From contig OY970378.1 in assembly GCA_963718875.1 (NCBI GenBank), forward strand, positions 388,631 through 452,630: DNA of 64,000 bases, written 5' to 3'. The first letter of the stretch is position 1; every line of letters begins with the position of its first letter. Position numbers and translations under genes: made by a program. The DNA comes from Candidatus Parcubacteria bacterium. Its GTDB lineage: Bacteria; Patescibacteriota; Saccharimonadia; UBA4664; JBIOIQ01. The notes below the pieces were generated by a model. It ran no database searches. It saw only the letters and a program-made list of their open reading frames with translations, and was not told where the DNA came from. This document shows positions 1 to 9,612 of this stretch, piece by piece.

Positions 1-10
1 GATTGAACCT

Positions 11-2884
11 ATGGATGATCTATTGGAGGGGTTAAATAGTGAGCAGCGCAGGGCAGTCGAGCACGACCAGGGGCCTTTGCTGGTAGTGGCGGGGGCTGGT
101 ACTGGCAAAACCCAGGTGATTACGCGTCGGATAGCTTGGTTGATAAAATCTGGAAAAGCCCAGCCAGGGCAGATTCTAGCCCTGACATTTACCGAAAAAG
201 CAGCAGCTGAGATGGAGCAGAGGATGGTGGAGTTACTTGGGTATCTCCACAATGTAGATTTACTGACTTTTAACGGCTTTGGCGATAACTTGATTAAGCG
301 CTTCGGTAGAGAAATAGGCTTGTCGTCTGACGCAATGTTGTTGTCAGAAATACAACGAAATATCCTGATTAGCGACAATATTGATAGTTTTAATATGGAT
401 TATTTTGCCCCGGTGAGCCGGCCAGACAAATACATAACCGAACTGTTGGCTTATTTTTCTAAACTTAAAAATGAGCTAGTGACATCGGATGAATATCTAA
501 AGCTGGCGCAGTCAATGCGAGACTTAATTAAAGATAAAGCCGATGAAATGGAAGCTAAAAAACAACTGGAATTAGCGGTGGCATTCAAGCGTTATACCGA
601 CATCTGCCGGGAGCAAAGTTTCCTCGACTATGATGACCAAATAAGTTTGGCCATTGAAATCTTAGAACGACGACCAAATGTGTTGCGACAGCTCCAATGG
701 GAGATTAAATATGTTTTAGTTGACGAATTTCAGGATACCAATCGCGCTCAAAACCGGTTGTTGGAGTTGCTGGCACAGGGTCATCATAACTTAATGGTGG
801 TGGGGGATGATGACCAGAGTATTTATAGGTTTAGAGGAGCGGCAATTTCTAATATTCTGGCTTTCAAAGAAAATTATCCTGAAGCTGGGCAAGTAGTGTT
901 GACGCAAAATTACCGTTCTAGCCAGGCGATTTTGGACTGGTCTTATCGGTTGATCCAGCATAATAATCCGGAACGGTTGGAGTTAAAAAACAAAATTGAT
1001 AAACAATTACACGCACAGTTTGAGGGGTTAGAGCCGGAAATTATTGCAAAAAGCGATTATGAATCTGAAATGGAGTGGATTACAAGTCACATAAAGACCC
1101 AACTTCGTTCGGGGACAGAGGCGTCAAATATGGCAGTTTTGGTGCGCAAAAATAGCCAAGGGCTGATTCTTAAAAGGGCCTTTGAGCGGGCTGGGTTGCC
1201 TTGCCGGCTAATTGGCCAGAGTCAAGATTTGTACGAGCAGGCCGAAATAAAATACTTGTTGTATTTTTTTCGGGTTTTGGCTAATCCAAATGATTCTGCC
1301 AGCCTTTATCATTTATTGGCTGGCGAGGTGTTTAATTTTGATATTCGTTTGCTAAGGTTGGCCGCGGATGTGGCAATGATGCGACATAAAAGTCTGGAAC
1401 AGGTCTTACGGGATGGTATGTATGAGGGTGAACCAGAGATTATGGCGGAGCTGGTTAAAAAGATTGATCATTGGAGGGACTTATTGCCGAACCGCAGCGT
1501 AGGTGAGGTGGGCTTTGATTTTTTGGAAACAACTGGTTATGTAAAGATGTTGGTGCGCGGAAGTGATGACGGCCGGCCGGAGTACATTTTAAAATTAAAC
1601 CACCTGAACCAATATTTTAAGACTTTGTTCGACTACGAAAAGATTGCGGTTGATAAGAGCGTGGTTGGATATGTAGATCATTTGGGTGGGTTGATGCGGG
1701 CAGGTGAAACTACCGATGCCAATGACGTGGACGTGTTGGCTGCAGAAGTGCAGATTATGACCGTCCATCGTTCGAAAGGCTTGGAGTTTGAGATAGTTTA
1801 TTTATTCGATTTAACGCGAGGAAACTTCCCGGCTCGCGATAGAGGAGGCGGTTTAGAACTACCACCGGGGTTGATTAAGTCTGTTGAAGGCGATGAAGAT
1901 TGGAATAAGCGCGAGGAGCGCCGCTTGATGTATGTGGCTATGACCAGGGCGAAGCGGTATTTAGCTATGACGTATTCGACTGACCACGGCGGGAAGTTGC
2001 CCCACAAACCGTCGGAGTTTTTGAGCGAGGCGGCGGGGGTTGAAATTGTGGCGCCAGATCGGATGGCGGCAACCGGACAAATTCAGCAAATCGAGATGTT
2101 TAAACCATCTGCTCATGGGATGGATTTGACTCCAAACTTTTGGCAAGATGGTTGGCTGGTTTTGGGAGTCCGGCAAATTGACGATTATTTAAAATGCCCG
2201 GCGGAGTTTAGATGGAAGCATATTTTGAAAGTGCCGGAGCGCCAAAGCGCAAATTTAGCTTATGGTAATTTGTTGCACTCACTGGTGGAGCACTTCCATA
2301 GGGTGCAAATGGGGGGAGGCAGCTTGGATTTGACGGAGTTATTGGATACGTTGGCGGCACAATGGCCAGTGGAAGGGTTTTTTTCGGTCGGAATTGAGGC
2401 ACGTAGCTTAGCGCAGGCAAAAAATGTTATAACGGCCTTCTATAATCGCGAAAGGCAACCCCCCAGACCGCCTCGGTCAGTGGAAGAGAGTTTTGCGGTT
2501 AAAGTGCCAGCAGCCAAGGTGATTATGAAGGGGCGCTACGATGCCGTTTTTGAAACAATCGATGGGGCTATTGAAATTTGCGATTATAAAACTGGCGGGT
2601 CGGGCCTAAGCGACGAGGAGTCGGTGGTGCGGCGGGCTAAAACTAGCGACCAGCTAACGATGTATGCGTTGGCGTGGCAATTGATGCATCAGGAGATACC
2701 CCAAAAACTGACTTTGGATTTTTTAGATCAAGGGTTGGTCGGGTCGGTAGGCAAAACCGCCAAGCAGCTTGAGGCGATGGAACAAAAAATTATCAAAGCG
2801 TCGGAAGGCATTCGTTCTGGAGACTTTGAACCCGGAAGCAGTTGTTTTAACTGTAGCCATACAAATTTGTATCAACAGCACTAA
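11..2884 (+). CDS. UvrD/PcrA-like superfamily I DNA helicase fused to a C-terminal PD-(D/E)XK (RecB/AddB/Cas4-type) nuclease domain
   Basis: Walker A GAGTGKT near the N-terminus plus UvrD-like motifs (TFT, DEFQDTN, VGDDDQSIYRFRGA, QNYRS, TVHRSKGLEF). The C-terminal region has the nuclease motifs CPAEF, GNLLH, IEICDYKTG and DQLTMYALAW, and ends in a CFNC cysteine pair. It is a long ORF with a good start. Confidence 0.8.
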   Translation: MDDLLEGLNSEQRRAVEHDQGPLLVVAGAGTGKTQVITRRIAWLIKSGKAQPGQILALTFTEKAAAEMEQRMVELLGYLHNVDLLTFNGFGDNLIKRFGREIGLSSDAMLLSEIQRNILISDNIDSFNMDYFAPVSRPDKYITELLAYFSKLKNELVTSDEYLKLAQSMRDLIKDKADEMEAKKQLELAVAFKRYTDICREQSFLDYDDQISLAIEILERRPNVLRQLQWEIKYVLVDEFQDTNRAQNRLLELLAQGHHNLMVVGDDDQSIYRFRGAAISNILAFKENYPEAGQVVLTQNYRSSQAILDWSYRLIQHNNPERLELKNKIDKQLHAQFEGLEPEIIAKSDYESEMEWITSHIKTQLRSGTEASNMAVLVRKNSQGLILKRAFERAGLPCRLIGQSQDLYEQAEIKYLLYFFRVLANPNDSASLYHLLAGEVFNFDIRLLRLAADVAMMRHKSLEQVLRDGMYEGEPEIMAELVKKIDHWRDLLPNRSVGEVGFDFLETTGYVKMLVRGSDDGRPEYILKLNHLNQYFKTLFDYEKIAVDKSVVGYVDHLGGLMRAGETTDANDVDVLAAEVQIMTVHRSKGLEFEIVYLFDLTRGNFPARDRGGGLELPPGLIKSVEGDEDWNKREERRLMYVAMTRAKRYLAMTYSTDHGGKLPHKPSEFLSEAAGVEIVAPDRMAATGQIQQIEMFKPSAHGMDLTPNFWQDGWLVLGVRQIDDYLKCPAEFRWKHILKVPERQSANLAYGNLLHSLVEHFHRVQMGGGSLDLTELLDTLAAQWPVEGFFSVGIEARSLAQAKNVITAFYNRERQPPRPPRSVEESFAVKVPAAKVIMKGRYDAVFETIDGAIEICDYKTGGSGLSDEESVVRRAKTSDQLTMYALAWQLMHQEIPQKLTLDFLDQGLVGSVGKTAKQLEAMEQKIIKASEGIRSGDFEPGSSCFNCSHTNLYQQH

Positions 2885-2920
2885 AGCGGCTGGTAATAGA
2901 CGTTTTTATGCACCTATTAT

Positions 2921-2929
2921 TGTTATAAT
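2921..2929 (+). promoter_or_regulatory. extended -10 element TGtTATAAT placed 7 nt upstream of the ATG at 2936 (putative leaderless transcript)
   Basis: TG at 2921-2922 and TATAAT at 2924-2929; the ATG of the next ORF begins exactly 7 nt downstream. Confidence 0.4.
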
Positions 2930-2935
2930 AGTTAT

Positions 2936-3421
2936 ATGGTACGAGATGACACGTGGTTATACGAGCTGTTGGACAGTACATGGGACCAACATTTTGCCGA
3001 TGTACAACAAGATAATGATGTGCGAATTGTTTTTGGCCGGAAAACGAAGAATCGGTTGGGTTCAATCAGAGTTGATTCTAAAGACCCTCGCATAAGCATC
3101 ATTACTCTCAACGGCTTATTTAGAGATGAGCGGGTTCCAGAGTTTATTATAAAAGCTACCTTAGTGCATGAACTCTGCCATTATGCTCATGGGTTTAATT
3201 CCCCAATTGAGCAAAAATATCGTCACCCACATGCTGGTGGGGTGATGCGACGGGAGTTCGCTGAACGCGGTCTTGAGCAATTATGGCGGGATCAACGTAA
3301 ATGGCTTAAAGATAACTGGAGAAATGTTGTTGAATCTACTTTGCCAAAAAGAATGTATCAAAGCAGGATCGTAGCCAAAAGAACAACACGTGTACCAAAA
3401 CCCTTTTGGTTTATCGGATGA
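2936..3421 (+). CDS. SprT-like / DUF45-type zinc metallohydrolase (HExxH)
   Basis: HELCHYAHG zinc-binding motif within a roughly 160-aa protein, N-terminal region typical of SprT/YgjP-like proteins. Confidence 0.55.
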   Translation: MVRDDTWLYELLDSTWDQHFADVQQDNDVRIVFGRKTKNRLGSIRVDSKDPRISIITLNGLFRDERVPEFIIKATLVHELCHYAHGFNSPIEQKYRHPHAGGVMRREFAERGLEQLWRDQRKWLKDNWRNVVESTLPKRMYQSRIVAKRTTRVPKPFWFIG

Positions 3422-4062
3422 TAAAGACACCAGAATCTCCTAAGCTGTTGGTTGAGTTACAGGTTTGGGATAATGGTTCAGTTATAGAAGAAAGATTAGC
3501 GCAAGTAAGTATCGGTGAGCTTGAAATGGACAAGCGAGATCTTAAAAGTCTAGTAATAGATCAGTGCGCCATCAATCAAAGTACGTTTTCGTATGTTGCT
3601 ATGCGCAAGCTTGAACTGACCGATAGCGAGGTAAATGCTTGCGCATTTCTAGCTTGTGATCTAGCCGACTCAACTTGGATAAGAGTTAGTGTCCAAACTA
3701 GTCGACTAACTGGTTTGGATGTGTCGAACGGCGTGTTTAGAGATGTTTTGTTTAAGGAGTGTAAACTAAATGAAATAAACTTTCGAATGAGCAAGCTGAC
3801 GCGCTGTAAATTTATTGACTGCGACCTGACTGACAGTGATTTTTATGGCTCTACTCTGAGTAATGTAGTTTTTCAAAATAGTAATTTAACTCGGGCACAG
3901 TTTTCGGCCTGTAAGTCATCGATACTCGACTTACGAGGGTGCGAAATTACGGGACTCAACGGGCTACTCTCACTAAAAGGCGCATTGATTGATCAAAACC
4001 AAGCAATCACGTTGGGCGCAAGCTTGTTGCGAGAGGTTGGGATTAAAATAGAGGATAGTTAA
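3406..4062 (+). CDS. pentapeptide-repeat protein
   Basis: Tandem A(D/N)LxX-type pentapeptide repeats across most of the protein (CDLADSTWIRVSVQTSRLTGLDVSNGVFRDVLFKECKLNEINFRMSKLTRCKFIDCDLTDSDFYGS...). Confidence 0.7.
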   Translation: MVYRMIKTPESPKLLVELQVWDNGSVIEERLAQVSIGELEMDKRDLKSLVIDQCAINQSTFSYVAMRKLELTDSEVNACAFLACDLADSTWIRVSVQTSRLTGLDVSNGVFRDVLFKECKLNEINFRMSKLTRCKFIDCDLTDSDFYGSTLSNVVFQNSNLTRAQFSACKSSILDLRGCEITGLNGLLSLKGALIDQNQAITLGASLLREVGIKIEDS

Positions 4063-4107
4063 ATCCCGATCATGTTAGTTATTAAGCTTGTATGATACCT
4101 TTGAAAT

Positions 4108-4524
4108 ATGGAAAGAGTTGCAGATATTCATAAAGCTGGCGGCATCATTATACGTGATCGAAAGTTGTTAGTGGAGCGATCCATTGGAAAGCATTTTTTT
4201 ATTGCTCCTGGTGGGGCTATTGAGGCAGGCGAAACTTCCAAGCAAGCTTTGGTTCGTGAGCTTAAAGAAGAATTTTGTATAGATGTGAACGAAACAGATC
4301 TTGAAATTTTTGGCACATTTTATGCTCAAGCTGCTGGAGCAGAGGATAAAATCGTCAAGATGGATGTTTATATAGTAAGAAAGTGGCAAGGAGAACCTAG
4401 GGCTGATAGTGAGGTGGAAGAGATTCGATGGGTCGGTTCGCGTCCAGTTGAGGGGGTAAAAATAGGATCGATATTTGAGCACGATGTTTTGCCAAAACTA
4501 AAAGAGCTTGATCTAATAGATTAG
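4108..4524 (+). CDS. NUDIX hydrolase
   Basis: Nudix box GGAIEAGETSKQALVRELKEEFCI (Gx5Ex7REUxEExGU). Confidence 0.8.
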   Translation: MERVADIHKAGGIIIRDRKLLVERSIGKHFFIAPGGAIEAGETSKQALVRELKEEFCIDVNETDLEIFGTFYAQAAGAEDKIVKMDVYIVRKWQGEPRADSEVEEIRWVGSRPVEGVKIGSIFEHDVLPKLKELDLID

Positions 4525-4621
4525 TACTAGTGTATTTTAAAACCACTCGTAGCAGTATAATCGCTAAGATCCGTGGGCAGCTAAATGAAAACTGAAAATT
4601 GCCGAATTGAAAATTGTATTA

Positions 4622-4697
4622 CGGGGTGTGGCGCAGTTGGTAGCGCGCAGCGTTCGGGACGCTGAGGTCGTGAGTTCGAGTCTCGCCACCCCGACCA
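4622..4697 (+). tRNA. tRNA-Pro (anticodon CGG)
   Basis: 76-nt cloverleaf: acceptor CGGGGTG/CACCCCG, D-stem GCGC/GCGC, anticodon arm CAGCG-TTCGGGA-CGCTG, T-arm GTGAG-TTCGAGT-CTCGC, encoded CCA. A candidate promoter (TATTTT-17-TATAAT) lies about 60 nt upstream. Confidence 0.9.
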
Positions 4698-4719
4698 TAT
4701 TGGACATTTTGAGCCTTTT

Positions 4720-5271
4720 CTAACTTGGAGAAGGCTGACGTGCTAGGAACTCTTTTCTTGCTTGTTCAGCAACCTTGAACATATCGGTCGGGTCGTTTAA
4801 GTAAGTTGGGTAATCCTTGCCATTTATCACTCGGTCAATAGAAGCTCCATCACTCAAGCCCTCTGTATTTACTGTAATCTCTGAGCCATCTTCTAAGATG
4901 GCAGTTATATCCATTGATTTATACCAACCAAATTCAATCATTTCCCACTCTGCAATTAAGGCTCGCTCTTGTAATGATAGTTGGTAGACACAACATGATA
5001 CCTCGCCACCTTTTGCAGGTCGTATAACATACGTTTCAAAATCACTTTCCTCTCCCCAGGCGTCTGCCATAATGGCTTTTGGTGACAATAGTACAGGTGC
5101 TGTAGGCGTAACTATGTCAGGTATTTGGTCAAAGCGTTGAACGCACAATTCCACATCTTTGAGAGTCGCTTGTTTGCCAACCAATCTGACATTGCCTGTT
5201 ATTGCTTTTAACATTTCAGGGTCACGATTAGCCCCGTAAGCTCCGTATAAGATTGTTCCGCTTTGATTCAT
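4720..5271 (-). CDS. hypothetical protein, possibly AIG2/gamma-glutamyl cyclotransferase-like
   Basis: N-terminal LYGAYGANRD resembles the YGSNL motif of the GGCT/AIG2 fold; this is a weak assignment. Confidence 0.4.
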   Translation of the reverse strand: MNQSGTILYGAYGANRDPEMLKAITGNVRLVGKQATLKDVELCVQRFDQIPDIVTPTAPVLLSPKAIMADAWGEESDFETYVIRPAKGGEVSCCVYQLSLQERALIAEWEMIEFGWYKSMDITAILEDGSEITVNTEGLSDGASIDRVINGKDYPTYLNDPTDMFKVAEQARKEFLARQPSPS

Positions 5272-5431
5272 ATTATTTATCTTATTTGGTTAGGGCAACG
5301 CAAGTAAAGCGTCAATGAGTTATCAAGGCGAACTTTTCTTAGCCAAGTCGGATCAGATAGCTCGGTACGAAGTTAAGTAACGGTTATGCTATGATAGTCA
5401 CATGGTGAGGGGAGTTAATTAGGACCTTGGA

Positions 5432-5794
5432 ATGCTTGTAGTAGAGCTAATTTACTGGTGGTATAGTAGCGGGTGGGTAAGCTTAGCTAAGCGCTTATTA
5501 GCTTTTATCACGATCATCTACCGCTATTTTTCAGTTTCACTGTTATCAAAAACTTTGTTTGTTCCTTGGAAACGGATCACCACATATGGTAGTCGCTCGC
5601 TAAATGAACGAATGAGGGCTTTGTTGGATAACTTGATATCGCGGTTGGTAGGTTTTAGCGTGCGAATTATGGTGTTGCTTGTGGCTATGCTTTTGATCCT
5701 GACAAGTTCCATCATGTCGCTAGCTGCTTTGGTCTTGTGGCCTTTGTTGCCAGTAGCGGTGCCACTTTTGGTAGTAAGGACATTTATGCCATGA
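5432..5794 (+). CDS. small multi-pass membrane protein
   Basis: Hydrophobic 120-aa ORF; its TGA stop overlaps the ATG of the next gene (ATGA), which suggests translational coupling. Confidence 0.45.
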   Translation: MLVVELIYWWYSSGWVSLAKRLLAFITIIYRYFSVSLLSKTLFVPWKRITTYGSRSLNERMRALLDNLISRLVGFSVRIMVLLVAMLLILTSSIMSLAALVLWPLLPVAVPLLVVRTFMP

Positions 5795-8199
5795 ACGCTA
5801 TCACTTTTAGCGAAAGTACAAGAGTAAAAAAAGCGCGCTTAGCGCAAAAGCTTAGATTATTCATGAATTTTGTGCCGGGGGCTGCAGGCTTGTTGATAGC
5901 TGGTGCGATATTTTTATACCTTAGTAGCAGTCGTTGGGCTAATGGGATACTAGCATTGGCATTAGGTCAATTAATTCTTTACTGGTGGTACTCATGGGAC
6001 CTGTCGGTACTGGAGGTTAAGGCAGGTGCTGGAGATAATAGTGGCTTGGTTTTAGATGATGTCGTGTCGGCAGACCTAGCGGCAGGGATGGTGTGGCCTA
6101 TAACGACAAGTCAAATGTGGGCCTTAGCTATTCATCAAGCGTCGGGTAAATTTATGGTTGAGCGTTTGGAGCTCGATTTGGCTGCAGCTGAGAATATTAT
6201 TTCAAGCTTAGAAACGCAGTCAGACCTCGTATGGCAAGAAGCCAGAAGTTTGCAGCTACAAGCAATGTTGTCAGCTTTGGACGCAGCCTGTTTGTTAACT
6301 GCTTTTCTAATAACAAATCCTGGTCTATTGGCTGCAGCAAGCCGTTCTTCTATACAAGCACAAGATGTTTTGGAGGCATTCCTATGGTACAGCAGAACTG
6401 TGCACGCAGTTGATGCCAAAAAACATCAAGTGAAGCTTGGTGGGGTGGGTAAAGATTGGGCTTCTGGCTACACACCGCTACTTAATCGCTATGCATACAA
6501 TATTAGTGCAGACATAGCACAGTCCAAATCCAGCTATTTCAATCTAGCTAGAAGCAAAACCTTGGATCAACTGATCACAGACCTGGGTAGAGCAGATAGA
6601 CACAATGTTATTATTGTTGGCGCTCAAGGAAGCGGAAAAACATCTTTGGTCTATGCCTTGGCGGAAAGAATGTTGTATATTAGTCAACAAAAATCAACTA
6701 TTGCGTTTCAAGTTATGGGTTTAAATCCGGCTTTGATAACTTCGTCTAGTCAGGTTCCGGGTGAGATTGAGCAGCTGTTATTAAATCTGCTCGGAGATGC
6801 TGTTCACGCCGGTAATGTACTGTTGTTTCTTGATGAGGCGCAGTTGTTTTTACAACGAGGGGTGGGAGCGCTCGATATTTCCCAACTGCTTTTGTCGGTG
6901 GTACAACAAACTTCCCTACGTATAGTGTTGGCATTAACACCTAGTGATTATCAAAACTTAGTCACAGTTAACTCGGCTTTGGCAGGACTATTTAATGTGG
7001 TTAATATGCCCGAGTTATCTCAACCCGAGGTAGTAGCGTTGTTGCAGGATCGCGCTATAAGCTTAGAAAGGGGTGGTAAAAAAGTGACATATCAAGCGCT
7101 ATCCACTGTATATAGACTGGCGGGACGTCATATTAATACTGAAGCGTTTCCAGGAAAAGCGATTAAATTGCTTGAAGACAGCTTTAACTATCCAGTCGGC
7201 ACGTTAATAACAGCGGCTTCTGTAGAAACCTGTATTGAACAAACTATGGGGATAAAGTCAGGTCCGGCGGGCGAGGAAGAAAAGCAGCAATTGTTAAATT
7301 TAGAAGATTTGCTGCATCAACGCATGATTAACCAGGCTCGGGCAGTCAGTGCTGTTTCAACGGCTTTACGACGCAATCGTGCAGGCGTTGGAAGCACTAA
7401 GCGGCCAGCTGGTAGCTTTTTATTCCTTGGTCCAACTGGAGTAGGTAAAACGGAACTTACTAAAGCTTTGGCAGAAGTCTATTTTGGTGGAGTTGACCAT
7501 GTTATTCGCCTGGATATGAGCGAATATCAACAAGCGGCTGATGTAACACGAATTTTATCGCCTAATACCCAGGGCCAGTCCGGCACAAATTTGTTGACAG
7601 GAGTTCGACGGGCACCTTTTAGTGTGGTGTTGCTTGATGAGCTAGAAAAGGCTCATCCCGATATCCTAAACTTACTACTTCAAATGCTTGATGAGGGGCA
7701 GCTAACGGACACAAGTGGGCAAGTGACTGATTTTAGAAATTGCATAATCATTGCTACCTCAAACGCAGGAGCAGATGCTATTAGACAGCACGTAGCTGCT
7801 GGCGAGGAGCTTGAAAAGTTTGAAAAGCAAATTATAGATGAGCTGATTGCTAGCCACCAATTTCGCCCCGAGCTGATTAACCGCTTTGATGAAGTAGTAC
7901 TTTTTAGGCCTTTGAACAAACCGGAATTAAAACAAGTGGCGGCTTTGCTTTTGAACGAAGTTAATTCTACACTGGCTACCCAAAATATTAGTGTGGAGCT
8001 TACAGACGTTGCAGTTGATTTTTTAATTGAAAAAGGCTACGATCCCCAGTTTGGTGCAAGGCCTTTACGTCGACTTATTCAACAAACTGTTCAAAATCGG
8101 GTGGCTGATGGGATTTTGAGGGGAGAATATGCTCCTGGAGCCAAGATCAATCTGGATAAATCGGATTTAGAGGCCGTTTCAACTTCAAGAAACGGCTAG
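5791..8199 (+). CDS. ClpA/ClpB-family double-AAA+ ATPase with an N-terminal transmembrane region instead of a Clp N-domain
   Basis: The D1 domain has a divergent Walker A (IIVGAQGSGKTS) and the D2 domain is canonical (FLFLGPTGVGKTELTKALA, VVLLDELEKAH, ATSNAG). N-terminal hydrophobic helices are present. The start is more likely 5791 (MNAITF, coupled to the upstream ORF) than the first ATG at 5737. Confidence 0.7.
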   Translation: MNAITFSESTRVKKARLAQKLRLFMNFVPGAAGLLIAGAIFLYLSSSRWANGILALALGQLILYWWYSWDLSVLEVKAGAGDNSGLVLDDVVSADLAAGMVWPITTSQMWALAIHQASGKFMVERLELDLAAAENIISSLETQSDLVWQEARSLQLQAMLSALDAACLLTAFLITNPGLLAAASRSSIQAQDVLEAFLWYSRTVHAVDAKKHQVKLGGVGKDWASGYTPLLNRYAYNISADIAQSKSSYFNLARSKTLDQLITDLGRADRHNVIIVGAQGSGKTSLVYALAERMLYISQQKSTIAFQVMGLNPALITSSSQVPGEIEQLLLNLLGDAVHAGNVLLFLDEAQLFLQRGVGALDISQLLLSVVQQTSLRIVLALTPSDYQNLVTVNSALAGLFNVVNMPELSQPEVVALLQDRAISLERGGKKVTYQALSTVYRLAGRHINTEAFPGKAIKLLEDSFNYPVGTLITAASVETCIEQTMGIKSGPAGEEEKQQLLNLEDLLHQRMINQARAVSAVSTALRRNRAGVGSTKRPAGSFLFLGPTGVGKTELTKALAEVYFGGVDHVIRLDMSEYQQAADVTRILSPNTQGQSGTNLLTGVRRAPFSVVLLDELEKAHPDILNLLLQMLDEGQLTDTSGQVTDFRNCIIIATSNAGADAIRQHVAAGEELEKFEKQIIDELIASHQFRPELINRFDEVVLFRPLNKPELKQVAALLLNEVNSTLATQNISVELTDVAVDFLIEKGYDPQFGARPLRRLIQQTVQNRVADGILRGEYAPGAKINLDKSDLEAVSTSRNG

Positions 8200-8267
8200 A
8201 TGGGCGCGTCACTTGCGTTTTTCAGATAACCTATGTCAGACTTATCTTATAAGTTAAGGGGTTAGGG

Positions 8268-9404
8268 TTGAAACAGCGGGCATATTTGGCGAGTCCATTC
8301 GGGTTTAGCGAAGGTGCCAAGTTATTTATGGAGCGAGTATATGTTCCGCGGTTGGCCGAGGTCGTTGATATTATTAATCCATGGCTTTTGACGAGTGATG
8401 CTGAGATTCATCAGTCTTTTCGTGATGGTAAGGTTGCAGAGTTTAGACATGAGATCGGCAAGCGAAACGCGGATGGAATACAGCGGGCTGATATTGTGAT
8501 TGCTGCTCTTGATGGGCAAGAGCTAGATAGCGGAACGGTGGCTGAGGTTGGGTATGCAGCTGGACTTGGTAAGCCGGTTTATGGTTATCGTAACGACATA
8601 CGTCAAGCAGGCGAGTTACAAGCGACGTTTAACCTGCAGGTGGAATATTTTATTCATTCATCTGGAGGTGTTATTGTTCAAAGTCTAGATGAGTTAGTGG
8701 CAGTAATGGCTAATTTAGATTCGTCTTTGCAAAATTCAGTTGCGCGGGGGCTGAGATCAGATCATGAAATAGAATCGACTGACTCAGACTTGAACGTTTC
8801 AGATAGTTTGCCAGGTTTAGCTGATTTTTTGTTTGAGGTTGGTATTTTAGCAAAGACACCCAGAAGTTTTACCTTTTTGCTAGGTAGCGGTCAGCAATCC
8901 GTGGCCGAACACATAAACAGAATGTCCTACGTGGGCTTAGTATTAGCAACTATGAATGGTGAGGCCGATGTGGGTAAGGTGATTGAAATGTGTTTGCTGC
9001 ATGATTTAGCAGAGGCGCGTACAAGTGACTTAAATTATGTCTACCAAAAGTACGTGGAATCAAATGAGGAGAAAGTTATAAGTGAGATTGCTGATTCTGT
9101 TAGCTTCGGTAAACGCATGCTGGCCGTTCTAAGGGAGTACAAGCAACGCGAAACCATTGAAGCAAAGCTTGCTAAAGACGCGGACAACATTGAGTTTATT
9201 CTCTCGCTCAAAGAACAGATCGACACCGGCAACACACGCGCCGAAACTTGGATGCCGCCGGCTTTGAAGCGTTTAAAAACGTCGGAAGGGCAAAGACTCG
9301 CTGAGGTTATTGTTAAGACAAGTTCGGATGACTGGTGGTTTGGGAATAAGGATGATGATTGGTGGATCAACCGGAAAGGGATGGATCATACAAAAAGATT
9401 CTAG
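8268..9404 (+). CDS. fusion protein: N-terminal nucleoside 2-deoxyribosyltransferase/Rcl-like domain plus C-terminal YfbR-like HD-domain 5'-deoxynucleotidase
   Basis: The N-terminal roughly 160 aa resemble the PF05014-type fold (ASPFGFSEG, VIAALDG, GTVAEVGYAAGLGKPV). The C-terminus has HD motifs (SVAEHINRMS, LLHDLAEARTSD). TTG start with an AAGGGG Shine-Dalgarno. Confidence 0.6.
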   Translation: MKQRAYLASPFGFSEGAKLFMERVYVPRLAEVVDIINPWLLTSDAEIHQSFRDGKVAEFRHEIGKRNADGIQRADIVIAALDGQELDSGTVAEVGYAAGLGKPVYGYRNDIRQAGELQATFNLQVEYFIHSSGGVIVQSLDELVAVMANLDSSLQNSVARGLRSDHEIESTDSDLNVSDSLPGLADFLFEVGILAKTPRSFTFLLGSGQQSVAEHINRMSYVGLVLATMNGEADVGKVIEMCLLHDLAEARTSDLNYVYQKYVESNEEKVISEIADSVSFGKRMLAVLREYKQRETIEAKLAKDADNIEFILSLKEQIDTGNTRAETWMPPALKRLKTSEGQRLAEVIVKTSSDDWWFGNKDDDWWINRKGMDHTKRF

Positions 9405-9612
9405 ATGCAATAAAAATGCTAATTCACCGCATATTTTAATCTGTTAGCTTGATTTTATACATAAGTTTTACCGTAAAAATATATTTGCTTATGCTAGGTA
9501 GATAGCTAAGTAATTACTAATAACATTTGCTAAATTTGGGCCATCAACCAAAGGATTTGAACTGATAGTTCGGTAGTATCAAGACAAGTTGATTAATAAA
9601 TAGGAGGTAGGA

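Noticed and set aside
2769-3095. 108-aa ORF overlapping the end of the helicase gene and the start of the SprT-like gene
   Set aside because: It has no SD, it overlaps two better-supported genes and a promoter element, and it has low-complexity composition.
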